Shown: positions 1 to 12,449 of the stretch, piece after piece | Layout: each line of letters opens with the position of its first letter | Numbering within the stretch: the first letter of the stretch is position 1 | Assembly (NCBI GenBank): GCA_965153455.1 | Contig: OZ234494.1 | Location: 10,230,001-10,294,000, forward strand | DNA: 64,000 nucleotides | Source of the DNA: Sphagnum compactum | Lineage: Eukaryota | Reading direction: 5' to 3' | Translations under genes and position numbers: made by a program | Notes under the pieces: model-generated | Told to the model about the DNA's origin: nothing | Databases searched by the model: none | What the model saw: only the letters and a program-made list of their open reading frames with translations

Positions 1-1152
1 CTGAATTCTATGTAGTTTTTCTTAATTTGTAAATTTGAATAAGTTCTCAGTATTGAGTTTCTATCTCAGTATTGGAAGCAACTGAATGACTGAGTCACAT
101 TCAAACTGTTCATATGATTCTGGCAAAAATTTTGGGTTTAGGGTGGCCAGGTTTCATCAAGGAGTAGAGATGATTCAACTTGTGGTCTTGGTCCATTGCT
201 GACATGGGTGAAATCTACATTTATATCACCAAAAGTATTGAGGACTCCTCTAGACTCACAATGCAAGTCAACCTGAAGATCATACATGATGAAAGGGTTA
301 TGAGCTTTCAGATCTGACAACAGATCACCAATCAGGAATATTAAATCAAGCTGAAGAGTTGTTATGCAATTATTAACACAGGTTATAAGATTTCAGATCT
401 TACAACATATCAGCAATCATGAAAAAGAAGAGACCAGATGCTTTGAAAAGCTCTCTATCCATGAGATTTTTGCATTTAATCTAGAATGCTGTTTTGGCTT
501 CTACCACAAAAGGTAGGAGAGAAAAGTAACCAGTACCTGATGTTGTGGGATCACCATCCTTAATTGTTCTTTAAGAAAAGATCATGGGTCCCCCTTATCT
601 TGCAGCACAATACTGGATGGTGATCCTACATTGTGGCCAAATGCTGTCAATGTTGAATAACTTGCAGAAAGAGAAGCCTGAAGTGTAGCACAGCATCTTG
701 ATTCCCCACTATAAGGTGACTTCCAATTGGCAGATCACCAGTACTGGTTCTTGAAGCATCAACAAAGGTGGGCATTAAGCAGAAGCAGTGTGTGCAAACT
801 AGGCAATACATAGAAGTCACCATCTGGGCACCCTGAGGTATTATGAGTCTTTGAAAGAACATGTACTTGCTTGTTTCAAATGAAAAGAGAGATGGTAAAG
901 GGAGATGCAAAAGGTATTGACACTTCCGGCCACTCATCAGCCTCTTAGTTTTCCACAGCAACCTCCAGTACTGACTTATTGCACACATGAATCCAATGCA
1001 AAATTCGCCCCTCTCAATTTGCACATGACCACCTCCTCAAGGAAAAAGAACTAGAATCACTCATTCAACCTTCCCACACGCCCAAAGGTGAGAATCCTCC
1101 CAGGAAAGGGAAAAAAACGCATTGAAGAGACACTGAACCACAAGAATTTTAC

Positions 1153-1230
1153 AGGATTGTGGGCACATTGCAGGAGGTAAGGACTATGCTCCTGTGCAAG
1201 CCGCTTTGTGTACTTGTATGATGACTCCAT
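1153..1230 (-). CDS. SPATA20/YyaL-like (thioredoxin-like DUF255 family) N-terminal exon; partial gene or pseudogene fragment
   Basis: Translates MESSYKYTKRLAQEHSPYLLQCAHNP, matching the family N-terminal motif (TNRLxxExSPYLLQHAHNPV), and is followed by a GT donor at 1152-1151. I could not find the expected next exon (VDWYPWG) in 1-1150. Two normally conserved residues differ (N>K, H>C). Confidence 0.55.
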
Positions 1231-1431
1231 ATCTTCTACACCCTTCTGCACTTCTCGACTCTTCACTGTAAATGCCAATTTCGGATCTCTCCTTGCCAGT
1301 ATACCTCCCATCCACAAGGAGCAAACTTGGGGTTTTCTGGATCATCAGCAAGATTACCACCACTACAAATAGCAACAGAAGAAGAAACAGCAACAGGAGG
1401 GGCAGCAACAGGCCGCAGCCTGGGAGTGCAA

Positions 1432-1664
1432 AGCAGTGTTCTGTTCTCCGATGCAACCTTCTTGTCAACAGCAAACTAATCTCGCTTTCTAAAGAGCTCC
1501 AAACCCTAACCCTAAACCAACAGAAGAAGAAACAGCAACAGGACGACCAGAAGCAGGCCTGCGGCCCAGTAGAGCAAAACAGTGATTTGTTCTCCAATGC
1601 AACATTCTTGTCAACAGCAATCTAATATCTCTTTCTAAGGAGCTCCAAACCCTAACCCTAAACC
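1432..1664. repeat. Diverged local duplication (two ~87-bp copies, 146 bp apart), each ending in a telo-box
   Basis: tgttctcc.atgcaac.ttcttgtcaacagcaa...gagctccaaaccctaaccctaaacc occurs at ~1432-1518 and ~1578-1664. Confidence 0.85.
1501..1662 (+). promoter_or_regulatory. Telo-box motifs (AAACCCTAA) upstream of the NSRP1-like gene
   Basis: AAACCCTAACCCTAAA at 1501-1516 and 1647-1662, with GGCCCA (site II-like) at ~1563 and GA repeats just before the ATG. This combination is typical of plant genes for RNA processing and translation. Confidence 0.55.
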
Positions 1665-1804
1665 TCGCTGGGATGGGGACCGGGTGAGAGAAAAACAGGG
1701 AGAGAGAGCGAGCGACAGCGCGTCTCTTGTGTCTCGATCTAGTTCTGCATCTCTTCGAAGTCGCAGTTGTTGAGTCCTTGTTTTGGAGAAAGAGAGAGAG
1801 AGAG

Positions 1805-3572
1805 ATGGAGGGGGCGAAGGGAGGGAAGCAGTATGGATTACAGTTGCGCGTGAAAGCGCCCCCGAAGAAACCAGCGAGACCTGTCCCAGCGTTTTCCTTC
1901 GACGACGGTGCTGAGGAAGATACTGTGGAGGATGCCATCGCCCGTCAAGCCACGAAGAAACGATCTGTTCGTGAGGTATCTTGTTTTTTTTTCACAACGT
2001 CAATTTTGTTGGCATAAGAACAACATCTGGTGAATTTCCTACTGGCCTTTTTTCTCGAGTTCTAGAGGGAATTGTGGTCGTTTTGAGAGCTATATAGGAA
2101 CGAGTGTGTTCTCATCTCTGCAGCACTGCACTTTCACTTTAATTGAATAGGTAGAGCTGCAACACAAACGTGCTTTGGAGGAGGATCCCTCGGCATTCGA
2201 TTACGATGGTGTGTATGATGAGATGAAGGGAAATCAAGCCCGTCCTATCCAAGAAGATCGGGCCAAGCGTGAGGTATGTAGGAGAATTGGATCGGAACTC
2301 AGATTCTTGTTGCAAAACTGATGATGGTTTGAATCCCTTTCCTTTTCAGGAATTTCCCAGTTCTAACATATTCATCATTCAACCAAGAGAAGCTTGTCAA
2401 GAATTTTATCATTCTAGATTCTTCACTTAGCAATTTTGTTCTTAGCAATCATTCCCAATTTTGTGAATTGGGATGGTTTCTGTGTATTAAGCAGCAATGG
2501 CAATGAGCTTTTGCAGAAGCTTGTTTTGACATGAGTTTGTGTGTGAAATGCAGTCAAAGTACATTGGAAAACTGCTTGAAAAGGCTAAGTTACGAACCCA
2601 AGAGCATGATGTTGTATATGAGCGGCAGTTGGCCAAGGAGCGGGCCAAAGAGGATCATCTATATGGGGACAAGGAGAAGTTTGTGACTGGCGCCTACAAG
2701 AAGAAGTTGATGGAGCAGGCTAAGTGGCTTGAAGAGGAGCGTCTCAGGGAACTTCGAGAACAAAAAGAGGAGGTTTGACTACCTTCCTTTCGATTGTGGA
2801 GTTCTCTCTGCAATCTCATGGATATGTTATTGAATGGTAGTTGTGAAGCAGAAACAGAATTTGGTAACTACAGTCTAGTTCATGACTCAGAACATCCTTG
2901 CATCCTAATGTATGAAGGTTTGGTGTACATTAAGTTTTGATTTTCTCCTAACATGTGCTCCATATGTAAGGGCAGTATTTTGATCTACCTTGCTCTCTTG
3001 CTCTGTACTATGTTGAAATTGTGCAGGTGACAAATAAGCAAGACCTCAGTGACTTCTATCGCAATCTTCTGAAGAACAATGTGGCTTTTGGAACAAAACC
3101 TGAGTCGAAGCCATCTGAAGTCCCACTGGCACATGGGAGGAAGGAGGCTCATGCTGAGGCTCCCTCATCACACTCTGATAAAGGGCCTGTGGCTTCATCA
3201 AGCAACAGTGCAGATGGTGAAGAAGAGCATGATGTGCCAAAGAGTAGTGAAATTAGTAGGTTTTCAAGCAAGGAAGGGGTTTCAGAACATATCCATCAAG
3301 TCTCTGAGCACAAGCAGGTTGGAAATGAGAGTCAACATTCCAATCCACAGTTGCAAGGTTCACAAGAATATCATGAAGATAAAATTCTGCCAGCCACAAG
3401 CCCTACACCTCCAGCTGCTGCAGATGACATGACTTCACAAGAGGATGTAAAAGTAGGTACAGCACCTGTAGAAAGGAGTACTGATTTGAGGATGGATCAA
3501 CCTAATGCTGCAGATTCTGTAGCTGCTGCAAAGGCGCGGTATTTAGCTCGGAAACGACAGCGAAATGTCTAG
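1805..3572 (+). CDS. NSRP1: Nuclear speckle splicing regulatory protein 1 / CCDC55-like (DUF2040 coiled-coil), ~352 aa
   Basis: Exons 1805-1975, 2151-2273, 2554-2772 and 3027-3572, all GT-AG and phase 0. Motifs: KQYGLQL, ALEEDPSAFDYDGVYDEMK, SKYIGKLLEKAK, DKEKFVTGAYKKKL, DLSDFYRNLL and C-terminal AAKARYLARK. Confidence 0.93.
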
Positions 3573-5499
3573 TTGCCTTCTTGAATTTCAATGTCTTGTC
3601 TCTTCAATCTGTTCAAAGCAGATCCAAGTAGTTTTTAGATGCACAATTGCTTTCTGATTGATCACATTTGTCTGTGGCTGGATGTACTTACATCCATTAC
3701 CTCCCTTTCAGCCTCCCGCCTCATGTTGTATATCATCCTCTTCAATTGGTGGCAGAATTTTTTGATGTGAAACTGAAGTCTGGGCTTAGGCAGATTTAGG
3801 GTATAGCAAGCTATAGTTTTTCTGGTCAAAGTGTTAAGTACATAGATTTCTGGAGTTGGTGTAAGGTCCCTCCTCTTCCTAAATAGTAGGTGTAAGATAC
3901 CTCCTACTCTTATCACCTCATGATCTACAAAGGTTTAGGATTATGATAAGGTTCACATTGTGGTTTTTTTGGACGAGGCCCACTATTGGGGGATTTTCTC
4001 AGAATGCAGGGCCAGAATTGATTGACACCTCATCCTACATGGAAGTAGTGTTCCTGCCTAGTTGATTATTGGCATTGGGTGGTTCATAGGGGCTGAAAGC
4101 TTGGTGGTTACAACTATTCGGGTCTATGTTCAGTCTCACTTTAATTGACTATCAGCATTTGGATGTATACAACCTGAGATTTCCAAACTTCGGTATGCCA
4201 TGTCGAGATCTGACCATATTATCATCTCGTACTCCTGCTCGAAAGAGGAGTGCAGCTGCACATGCCCTCTTCTTTACAAATAATTTTCCACATCCCAATG
4301 GAAGACATTGAATCAGTCAAGGGTGCAAGGGCAGTGCAATAGTACTAGTATATTTTTCATTGCCTCCCCTTAGCCTGATTCATGTTTTTCCAAAAAAATT
4401 GATTGGTGAATTTTTTTGAGGAACTGTTATATGGGTGATTTTTTGGAATCTACCATATTGTATGGTCCTTACAGGACAATTTCAAAGACATTTCCTATCA
4501 TTTGATATCCCTAGACATTTCCAAAAATAAATCAAGAAACAAATATCTCATTTCTAACTCTAATTATCTCACTTTTTTCCTAATAGTTATCTCCTTTCTT
4601 ACTAATTATCTCCATCCTTATAATTACTTCACTCTTTTTCCCTACTTAGCAACATGGATATGAAAAAACAATTTTTAAAATGTCCTTTCATGTCCATAAT
4701 ATTTATATTAATTCAAATAAATTTAACATTGACATAAATTATGATGAATTAGAAAACCATATGAAAACATATGAAAAGAAAAGTTGATCATCACTGGTAG
4801 TGCGCAGCAATGTAGAGCCCAAATATGCAAAAAGCCTAGACAGATTTGTACCTGTGAATATGGACGTCGTTTTGGTCAGTAGCATTTCATGTTTTCTGGA
4901 GAGTTCATTACACTGGCAAAACGTGCATACTCACAGGCCCAAATGTGTCTCTGGGCTTCACTAGACACATCATACCAGGGGAATTGTGCACGCAGGGGAA
5001 AAAGGACCAAAATGCTCATAATTGAGCAGGCAGGGGAAAAAAATGCAACAGTACTTTTGAATCACCTGCATTTAGAACCCTTGGCTAATCAAGGTTTTCC
5101 TATCATCAAAACCCTTCAAAACTTTATATATAAACACACCACAGATTCGAAAAGTGTACAAAGGTATTTATCGACCCGCCTGTAGCTGCAAGTGAGTGCT
5201 ACCCCAGAGAAAGCTGAAGGAAGAAGCACCGGAGTCTGCGTCCGTTGAGCTTCTTCAGACGGGAGAGATCTTCGTGTTGTGGGGTAGCATTTGTGGACGG
5301 GCACTGAAGCTGAAGGTATTCTGCCGCATCCCTGAAACCTACTTGATCAGACAAACAAATCAATTAAATAAAAGAAGAAGCGGCGTGAGAACTGCAAGCC
5401 GTTGCAATAGCTTGGCAGAGCGACATTCCGAGCTAGCCATCGCACGAGACGCAGCAACAGCGATGGATTAGGGGATATGCGCAAATTACCTGATCTCCA

Positions 5500-5805
5500 G
5501 AGGTTCAGAGCCAGGTCCTGGCAATGACAGGAGGCACGTTAGTGAGGTGTCCTGACGATAGCAAGAGGAGACGGGTCGATGCCTTGGAGTGGCACAGCAG
5601 TCTGAGGTAGGTAGGGTTTTTGTTTTTTTCCTCTCTTCCTTTCTTCTTTTTCTTTCTCCCTCTCTTCTCCCTGTCTTCCCTTCTTTTTTCTTTCTTTCTT
5701 TCCTTCTTCTTCACTATTTTCCAGTGCGATGGAGGCTCTTCCTTCCTTAGCTCTTGGGCTTTCTCATTCCAGTTTGGTTTCTCAAATGACTTTCGACCTT
5801 TCTAA
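5500..5805. repeat. Dispersed repeat of unknown class; diverged inverted copy at ~59295-59715
   Basis: Both loci share the flanks around a pyrimidine tract (translations QCDGGSSFLSSWA..FQFGFS and QHDGGPSFFNSWA..FQFGFS). Confidence 0.7.
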
Positions 5806-7461
5806 TGTATCATCGTCCCTTCCGGATAGGGGTGGAACTTTTTGTGATGTTCCATGTTCTAATTGTAAACTTTATTTTCCCAACATGGCATGGTTCAACA
5901 TAAAGGCATTGTCAAGCTTATGAAGCTCTTCCTCCATATAGTTTTTTAGGTTCTTTTATCTCCTCTTTGGCCCTCTCTCCCCTCCCCCGCAACGGCCTAT
6001 GCTTGAATTGTGATGTTAAATCTTTTGAACACCTTCCATTTGGGCCTTCTCTAACCACGTTTGAATATGCGCATCCCTTTCGTTCTTCAGCAAGAAGTGC
6101 AACTTAATTTTTTGCCTTCCTCTTGACTGCCTAGCATGTGACCCATTTGATGTGACAATTTTACATTTATTCTTGTGGTGTCTCTCAGTGGTGTCTTTTT
6201 CTTCCCCTTTGTGAAGGGCTATTCGAGCATACAAAAATTAAAGCACGCTTTCAACAATTCCTTTCTGGTGAGTGGGAAGAATATTAGGCAGAGCACCTTT
6301 TATGGGCGTAAGTGCAGGTGGTTATTTTGTCTTCAATTATGGGGGTGTCACCAACTTTGCCCAATTTTGCTTCTGCCTTTATGGCACCCCCGCCCCCTGT
6401 GCCAACTCAGATGAAGTTTAGTCTTGGGGCGTCGGAAAATTTGCACATGCTGACAAGGCTTTTGCCCCTCTTGCCTAGCTATGGCATCTTCAAAAAGAGT
6501 TAACACGTTGTTAACTTTGCACCCACCACACACAAACTCCCCATGTTCGAATTCCTTGGTTGAATTTTAGAAAAATTCAAACCTTAAACTTTCTGTGAAT
6601 TTTTTTTAATTGACATTTTTGCACATGTTTCACTTCTCAACTGGTGGTCCATTTGGCATGGTCTTCGAACATTTTCAAAATTCTTTTGACCTTCAGGATT
6701 CAACAAATGGTTTCATTCAGCTTCATTAATTGTGTTCCCATGTGACCACCGACTGCATCTTTAGGTTTGTGGATTGGGTTCTTGGGGATAATTGACTTTT
6801 AATTTTGGCCAAGCCTTTTGGTGGCATTCGTCCGATTGTTATGGGAGAAGTGTTACATTAGTCGATGAGTAAGGTTTTATGCTTGCAATCTTATGATGCG
6901 TTTGTTTTTCACTTGTCACCATATAAATTTGGGCTAACGGTTAAAAAAGGTTGTGAAGCCATGGTCCATGTCATTTGGGTCACTTTGGATGCCCATCCTA
7001 ATTGGGTGGTATTTCAAATAGATATTGCAAATGATTTCAACACCATATGGCACAAGGCCATTTTCCAGGAATTTCAAATAACAAGAAGCTAAACAGCCCA
7101 ACTTTTTTTCTTTGTTTATTTCTTTTATGGCCTTCAAGTTCCTTTGTTCTTTAATCATCATTCTTCCTCTGAAACTTTATTTTTCATTTTTTCTTTTGTG
7201 AGCATTTGTTAGGCAACCAACTTACAGGGCCTCTTTATGCACTAGCTCATTTTTGTGCTTACGTTTTTCGTTCATGTTTTTTTTTTCATTAGCCGATGAC
7301 ACTTTTATCTTCAACCTTGCCCGTGTTGTCTCACTTGATTTTAATCCTACCCAGTTGGTTTTTATAAGGTTGTTTGTTTAACCCTACAAGTGTTTGGCCT
7401 GGGTTCCATCTAGCTTACCTTTTGAGTTTGTCCCCCTTGCTAAATTTTGTTGCCCCTCTAA

Positions 7462-8282
7462 TGACGCGCTCCCAAGTTCTTAGTTAGACCCAAGATGGGT
7501 CTAAGTTACTTAAACAGCATAATTGTGAGGAACTCGGGGCATGCTCCCAGCTCTCAGCACTAAAAGGGGTAGAGGGGTGTGCTGAGGCTCCGAGATGGGA
7601 CTAGGAAGAGTGACAAGCTTTAATTACTCACTCGAATCTGCATGAAACCAACCAACAAGTTGGTTAGTTCACTTTCTAGATAACCTTTAGTGCTAGGACA
7701 AGCCATGGGCAACTCTAGACTCCCAAGACTCACCACGGCCTGGACTCGGGGGAAGCCACCACCTTTCCCCACATAGTATTCTCTACGTCTCTCCGTGAAG
7801 CCTACATCCGAATGGCTTTTTGTCTCGGGACTCCCAAGGAGAAGTCTCGAAACTGTCTTAGTTTGGACTCCTGCAACTTTGCGAGACTATAACTCTTTAC
7901 TCATACCTTCGATGAGGACGAGGTCTGAAGCAAAGTTGTAGCTCTCGTCGAGAGCTTTCCAACGGTGTGTTGCACCTCACCTGCACGCACCGGGGTCGGG
8001 TCGATTCCCAACTTTTAGTGGTCGAGAATCAAATTGCCAGTTTGACTCCCGGCCCTTCTTTTGGCCATAACTTGTGCTTCAGATGTCCAAATGATTCATA
8101 CAAGCCCATTTTCGACATTTACACTTCAGTAGCTTTCTAATGACATAAAGAACTCTTCAATGCGAGGTGTTTTGACCCCCGCAATCAAACTCTGAAATTT
8201 CGAGAGTCCTAGAGGATTCCCAAGTCCCCATTTCGGGAGTGTGAGTCTCATCCTCACACTCTCTCAAAGTAGGGTTGCAACA
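7462..8282. mobile_element. Solo LTR (821 bp)
   Basis: Starts TGACGCGCTCC and ends GGGTTGCAACA (TG...CA). 5-bp TSD tctaa/cctaa with one mismatch. Homologous along its length to 9130-10042. The host CRE sequence rejoins across it. Confidence 0.85.
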
Positions 8283-9129
8283 CCTAATGGCATTAAGATA
8301 CTTAGTGTCCCTTTTGGTTCCACCTCCTTCGTTTTTTTTTTTAATAGGAGTATCTAAGTGAAGATGTTCGACATGTAAACATGTTCCCAAGATTAAGGGA
8401 CATTCAAGTGGCTTTTTGTATCTTCGCATAGAATCCCTATTTTTTACTTCATTGATTTCCCCCCCCCCCCTTCCAGGTTTTCAAAATTAGTTCGTTGTTT
8501 TTAATTTGACCTTAATGGGAATTTTTAAGAAACTTTTGGGATTAGGCTCATTGGAGTGCCTTGAAGCCCTTCTAATCCATCGACAAGTGGCTCTACTCAT
8601 TTCTAATGGGGGCATAAGGTCATTGTTCTAGCTGCCTATTTGGGAATTGCGCCTAGTTGCCCCTATCATAGTTTCCAAGTTTTTGTTAAATTATTGCATG
8701 TTCTTGTTAAAAGTGATAGCTGTGAATAACTTGAAGTCCTTTTATAGGCACATTTGATTTTAACGTAAGAACTTATTCCCCTAGGAGCTACAACATGTGT
8801 GCCCCTTTTGAACAATCGACAGAAAGAAGCACATATCACTTTCAAAATAGTATTTTAATAACGAGATTACATGACCATTCCTTTATTAACATCCTTTCTA
8901 ATTTACCTTGTGATTTGCATTGAATGCATTTAAAGTCGTGCGCGGGGCTAGGTGTAAGTGCTTGGTTATCACCTTGCCTAATCATCTTTTTTCTCATTTA
9001 GTTTCAAATGGTTTCTCCATCACATTACACATTAATTTCCCATCTTCTAATCCTTGGGGTGTCACATTCCATTTATAGCTAACCTTTGGATCCTATGGGA
9101 ATCCACCTTCTTTGTTGCGCCTATGGTGG

Positions 9130-10042
9130 TGACGCGCTCCAAAGCTCCTTGATAGATTCAAATGTGAGTTTGAGGTGAAAACAACGGAAGAGTAAAAAGT
9201 TGGGGCACGCTCCCTGGCTCGCAGCACTTTGGGGGTAAAGGGGCGTGCTGGAGCTTCGGGATGAGACTAAGAAGAATGACAAGCAATCAATCATTCACAT
9301 GGACTTACACAAACCAAACAACAAGTTGGTTAGTGCATAACTGGAGCACTTTTGGTGGTAGGACAAGCCATGGGCAAACTCGGATTCACAAGATTCACCA
9401 TGGCCCGGACTTGGGGGAAGCCACCACCTTCCCCCTTATAGTATACTCTGTGCTTGGCCACGGGACCAGAAACCAAATGGCATTTTGTTTCGGGATTCCC
9501 AAATGGGAGTCCCGAAATTCTCACAACTAGGACTTCCGCGGTTTTGGGGGCCCATAACTTTACGTGCAAACCTTCGATTGAGATGAAGTCTAAAGCAAAG
9601 TTGTAGCCTTTGTCAAGAACTTTTCAACGGTATGTCGCATGCCACCTGGACACAAGGAAATCAGGGTGATTCCCAACTTTTAGTGGTTGGGAGTCAAATT
9701 ATCAATTTGACTCTCGACCCTTCTTTTGGCCATAACTTGTGTTTGAAGTGTCCAAATGGGTCATGCAAGCTCATTTTAGACATCTAAGTTCCAAGATCTT
9801 TTCAATGATATGAGGAACTCCTTAATCCATTGGGTTTGACCCCTACCATTGTTTTTTGAAGATTCGAAAATCCATCAAAATTCCAACTCCCAAAGTGGGA
9901 ACTCCCTTGGGAGTGTGAGGGGTCATTCCATCACACTCTCCTACACTCCCAAGAGCACGAGATGTGATTCCTGGGCTTCCTTCTTGGCCCGCACCCTTGC
10001 AAGCCCTTGCCTTGGCCACGAGCCCAAGGTTATGTTGCAACA
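9130..10042. mobile_element. Solo LTR (913 bp), related family
   Basis: Starts TGACGCGCTCC and ends TGTTGCAACA. Perfect 5-bp TSD GGTGG at 9125-9129 and 10043-10047. Confidence 0.9.
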
Positions 10043-12449
10043 GGTGGGAACAAGACAACCTCGCATAATGTTGTGCGAAATGTTTTTGTGGTCATTGTGA
10101 GAGATGTGAGATCATGTCTTACGAAAGCAAACCCATGTCCTTTTAATTGTCCCTTGCATTGCAATCTTTGAACTACCAAATCAAGATTATGCTATCAGTC
10201 CATGGTGTTCGCATGTTGGAAAATGTTAACATCGTCGACCCCACTCAAGTTGATTTATTTTTTAGGGTTTTTTTTCTCGTGGGGTTGCTACAATAATTGC
10301 AAATTAGATGAAAAACAATTTTTATGATAATCATTTTTCAACATACATATTTTTCCATTTAGTTGTAAAGGTTTTTGGATATCTACACCAACAAGTGGAT
10401 GAGTTTTTTTATCAATGTGCCAACATGGTGTGGGGAGTGAAGGACACTAAAGGCCCTTCTCTTTTAGTTTTATGTGCATTTTATAAACAAAGGGTGTTAA
10501 TGGCGTTACAGCATGTGTAAGCAGTTTTTATTTTGAGATGTGTTGTTATAGTAGGTGAGGGTTCATTTAGGCTAGGTGTCCTTTAAGGAAGTCTTCCCCT
10601 TTCCTTATTTCATATGCTTCTCATGATGAAAAGGGGTTCGAGAACTTGATGTTCCCCTTATGGTTTGCCTTCTTGAGTGGTTTTTGTCGTCTTGGACATG
10701 GGTCCTTCAATTTTGTTCCTTGTTTTTCCCTTTTTTGGGTGCTTTGGTTAATATATGGTTTTCAAGGTTTCATCAAATTTATCCCCTTCGAAGTTCAAGA
10801 AGTTAAATATGCATAAGGTTTTTATTACAAGTAATATTTTTCTTTATCTACCCTAGGCTTAATCCATCTTTTTCTCAAAAAAAAAAGATGATGCTTAAAC
10901 ATAATTTCTTACTACCCATTATGGACATTTTGGGCCAATAGTAGACACTAGGTATAGTATCTAATACATGCCCAAAATATGCATAATAAGACCCAAAGTC
11001 TATAATCAACAACACCAAAATGTGTTTGGGCACCTCCAAATGTGACATCTTTGAAGGTTAAATGGGCAACCACGTAAAAAAAAGTTAGGCAATATTTTTG
11101 TATTGCCTTTAATAAAGAACCCTTCGCTTATTTAATGGTTTCCCCGAATTCCCATATAAAATTTACAAATGCATTTACACCTAGGTTTGATTCTATCACT
11201 ATTACCACCATCCTTAGTAAACTTAAACTTGGATGTCAAACTCCCTCCCATTAATCCTTAATTGACATTTGACCAAAACTATCCCACACCAAAAGTTGGA
11301 CCAATTTTCACAAACATGCTTAGGAGTCATGTAAAACATCATATTTTGAAATTTTTGACTCAGTGAAGTTGTGTAGGACCTCAAGTTAGATGATTTGGGG
11401 TAAAGAAATTACATTTGGAAAAGAAATTAAAATTGCCACCATCAAAACTTTGGAGTTTGTAATTTTGGGCAACCTTCAAAATAGCAAGTGTTTGTGAACC
11501 TAGATCAAGATTTTGTGCTTCGTTTTTTGTGACATTATTATAATATGCATAAGAATCATGGAGAAAAAAAATGTCAATAAAAAAGTTGAAATGAATGAAT
11601 AATAGATGGTCAAAGTTGATATCCAAGGTGTTTCTAAGAAATTTGTTTTTCATGTTTTGGGGCAAACAAGAGGAAAACATTGTTTGGGGTTAATTGAGAA
11701 ATAAAAAAGGTTCCCTTTGTTCCGAAGTAAAAAAATCATACTAATTACAAATGTTGGTGGTGGTCCTTTCTTGCAAGGGAATAAAAGGCAAAGGTGGGGG
11801 TAGAAGGTTTAATTATGGGGTTTCAACTTTCTATCTTTTTTTTTTGGTTGGGCAGGTGAGCGGGTGAAAAGAAAAGAGGAGGGAAAGCTATTTTTAAAAT
11901 TCTAGTATGGGGGTCGAAGTGATTGGGGGGTGGGAGGGGGTTTTTTTTTTCCAACTTTAAAAAAAAGGGCCAAAATGCAACAAACACATTGAAATATCCT
12001 AATATAACCACATGGTCATAAATGTTTTTGATTTATTGATAATTTTTTGAAATTTTAATCCCTAATAACTATCTACATTTCAAACTCTTCCAATTAATTT
12101 TTAAAGAATAAATAAATGACCAAAAATGAAATGACTTTAAAAACCAGGAACGAAATGTTATAAACAAATAAAGTTAAACACCACCAACCTTAGAGGTTGA
12201 ATTTGAGAGGTCAACCAATCATGTCATTAGTCTCATTCCACATTAAAGTAACAATCTATGTATATTGCTATGTAATTTCACAAAATAGGCACCAAAACAA
12301 ACCATAGTATCATCACAAGTAGGACAATACCAAGTCACCTTATTTTTATATATCACTCACACCCTTCTTCTCCTCAATGTTCCTATCCATAAACTAATGC
12401 AACCTTTTGAGATTGGGTATAGAAGGCTACCATTGTTGTTGCCTTTGAA

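Larger units (their letters stand above)
6560..10775 (+). mobile_element. Degenerate CRE-like (restriction-like endonuclease) non-LTR retrotransposon, interrupted by two solo LTRs
   Basis: RT motifs LAKPFGGIRPIVMGE (~6805-6850), SPYKFGLTVKKGCEAMVH...QIDIANDFNTI (6915-7050) and SLADDT (~7290). CCHC finger PLDPMGIHLLCCAYGG|NKTTSHNVVRN, then an RLE-type C-terminus (VFGYLHQQVDEF...QRVLMALQ). Many stops and frameshifts. Confidence 0.8.

Noticed and set aside
1501-1662. Telomere or interstitial telomeric array
   Set aside because: Only two short units per site in a promoter context; better explained as telo-boxes.
6348-6533. Minus-strand peptide EDAIARQ identical to part of NSRP1 exon 1
   Set aside because: Only 7 residues match, flanks are unrelated, and it lies in repeat-like DNA; treated as coincidence.
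7462-10042. A single full-length LTR element bounded by the two LTR-like units
   Set aside because: Each unit has its own TSD, and the sequence between them is continuous with the flanking CRE-like ORF.
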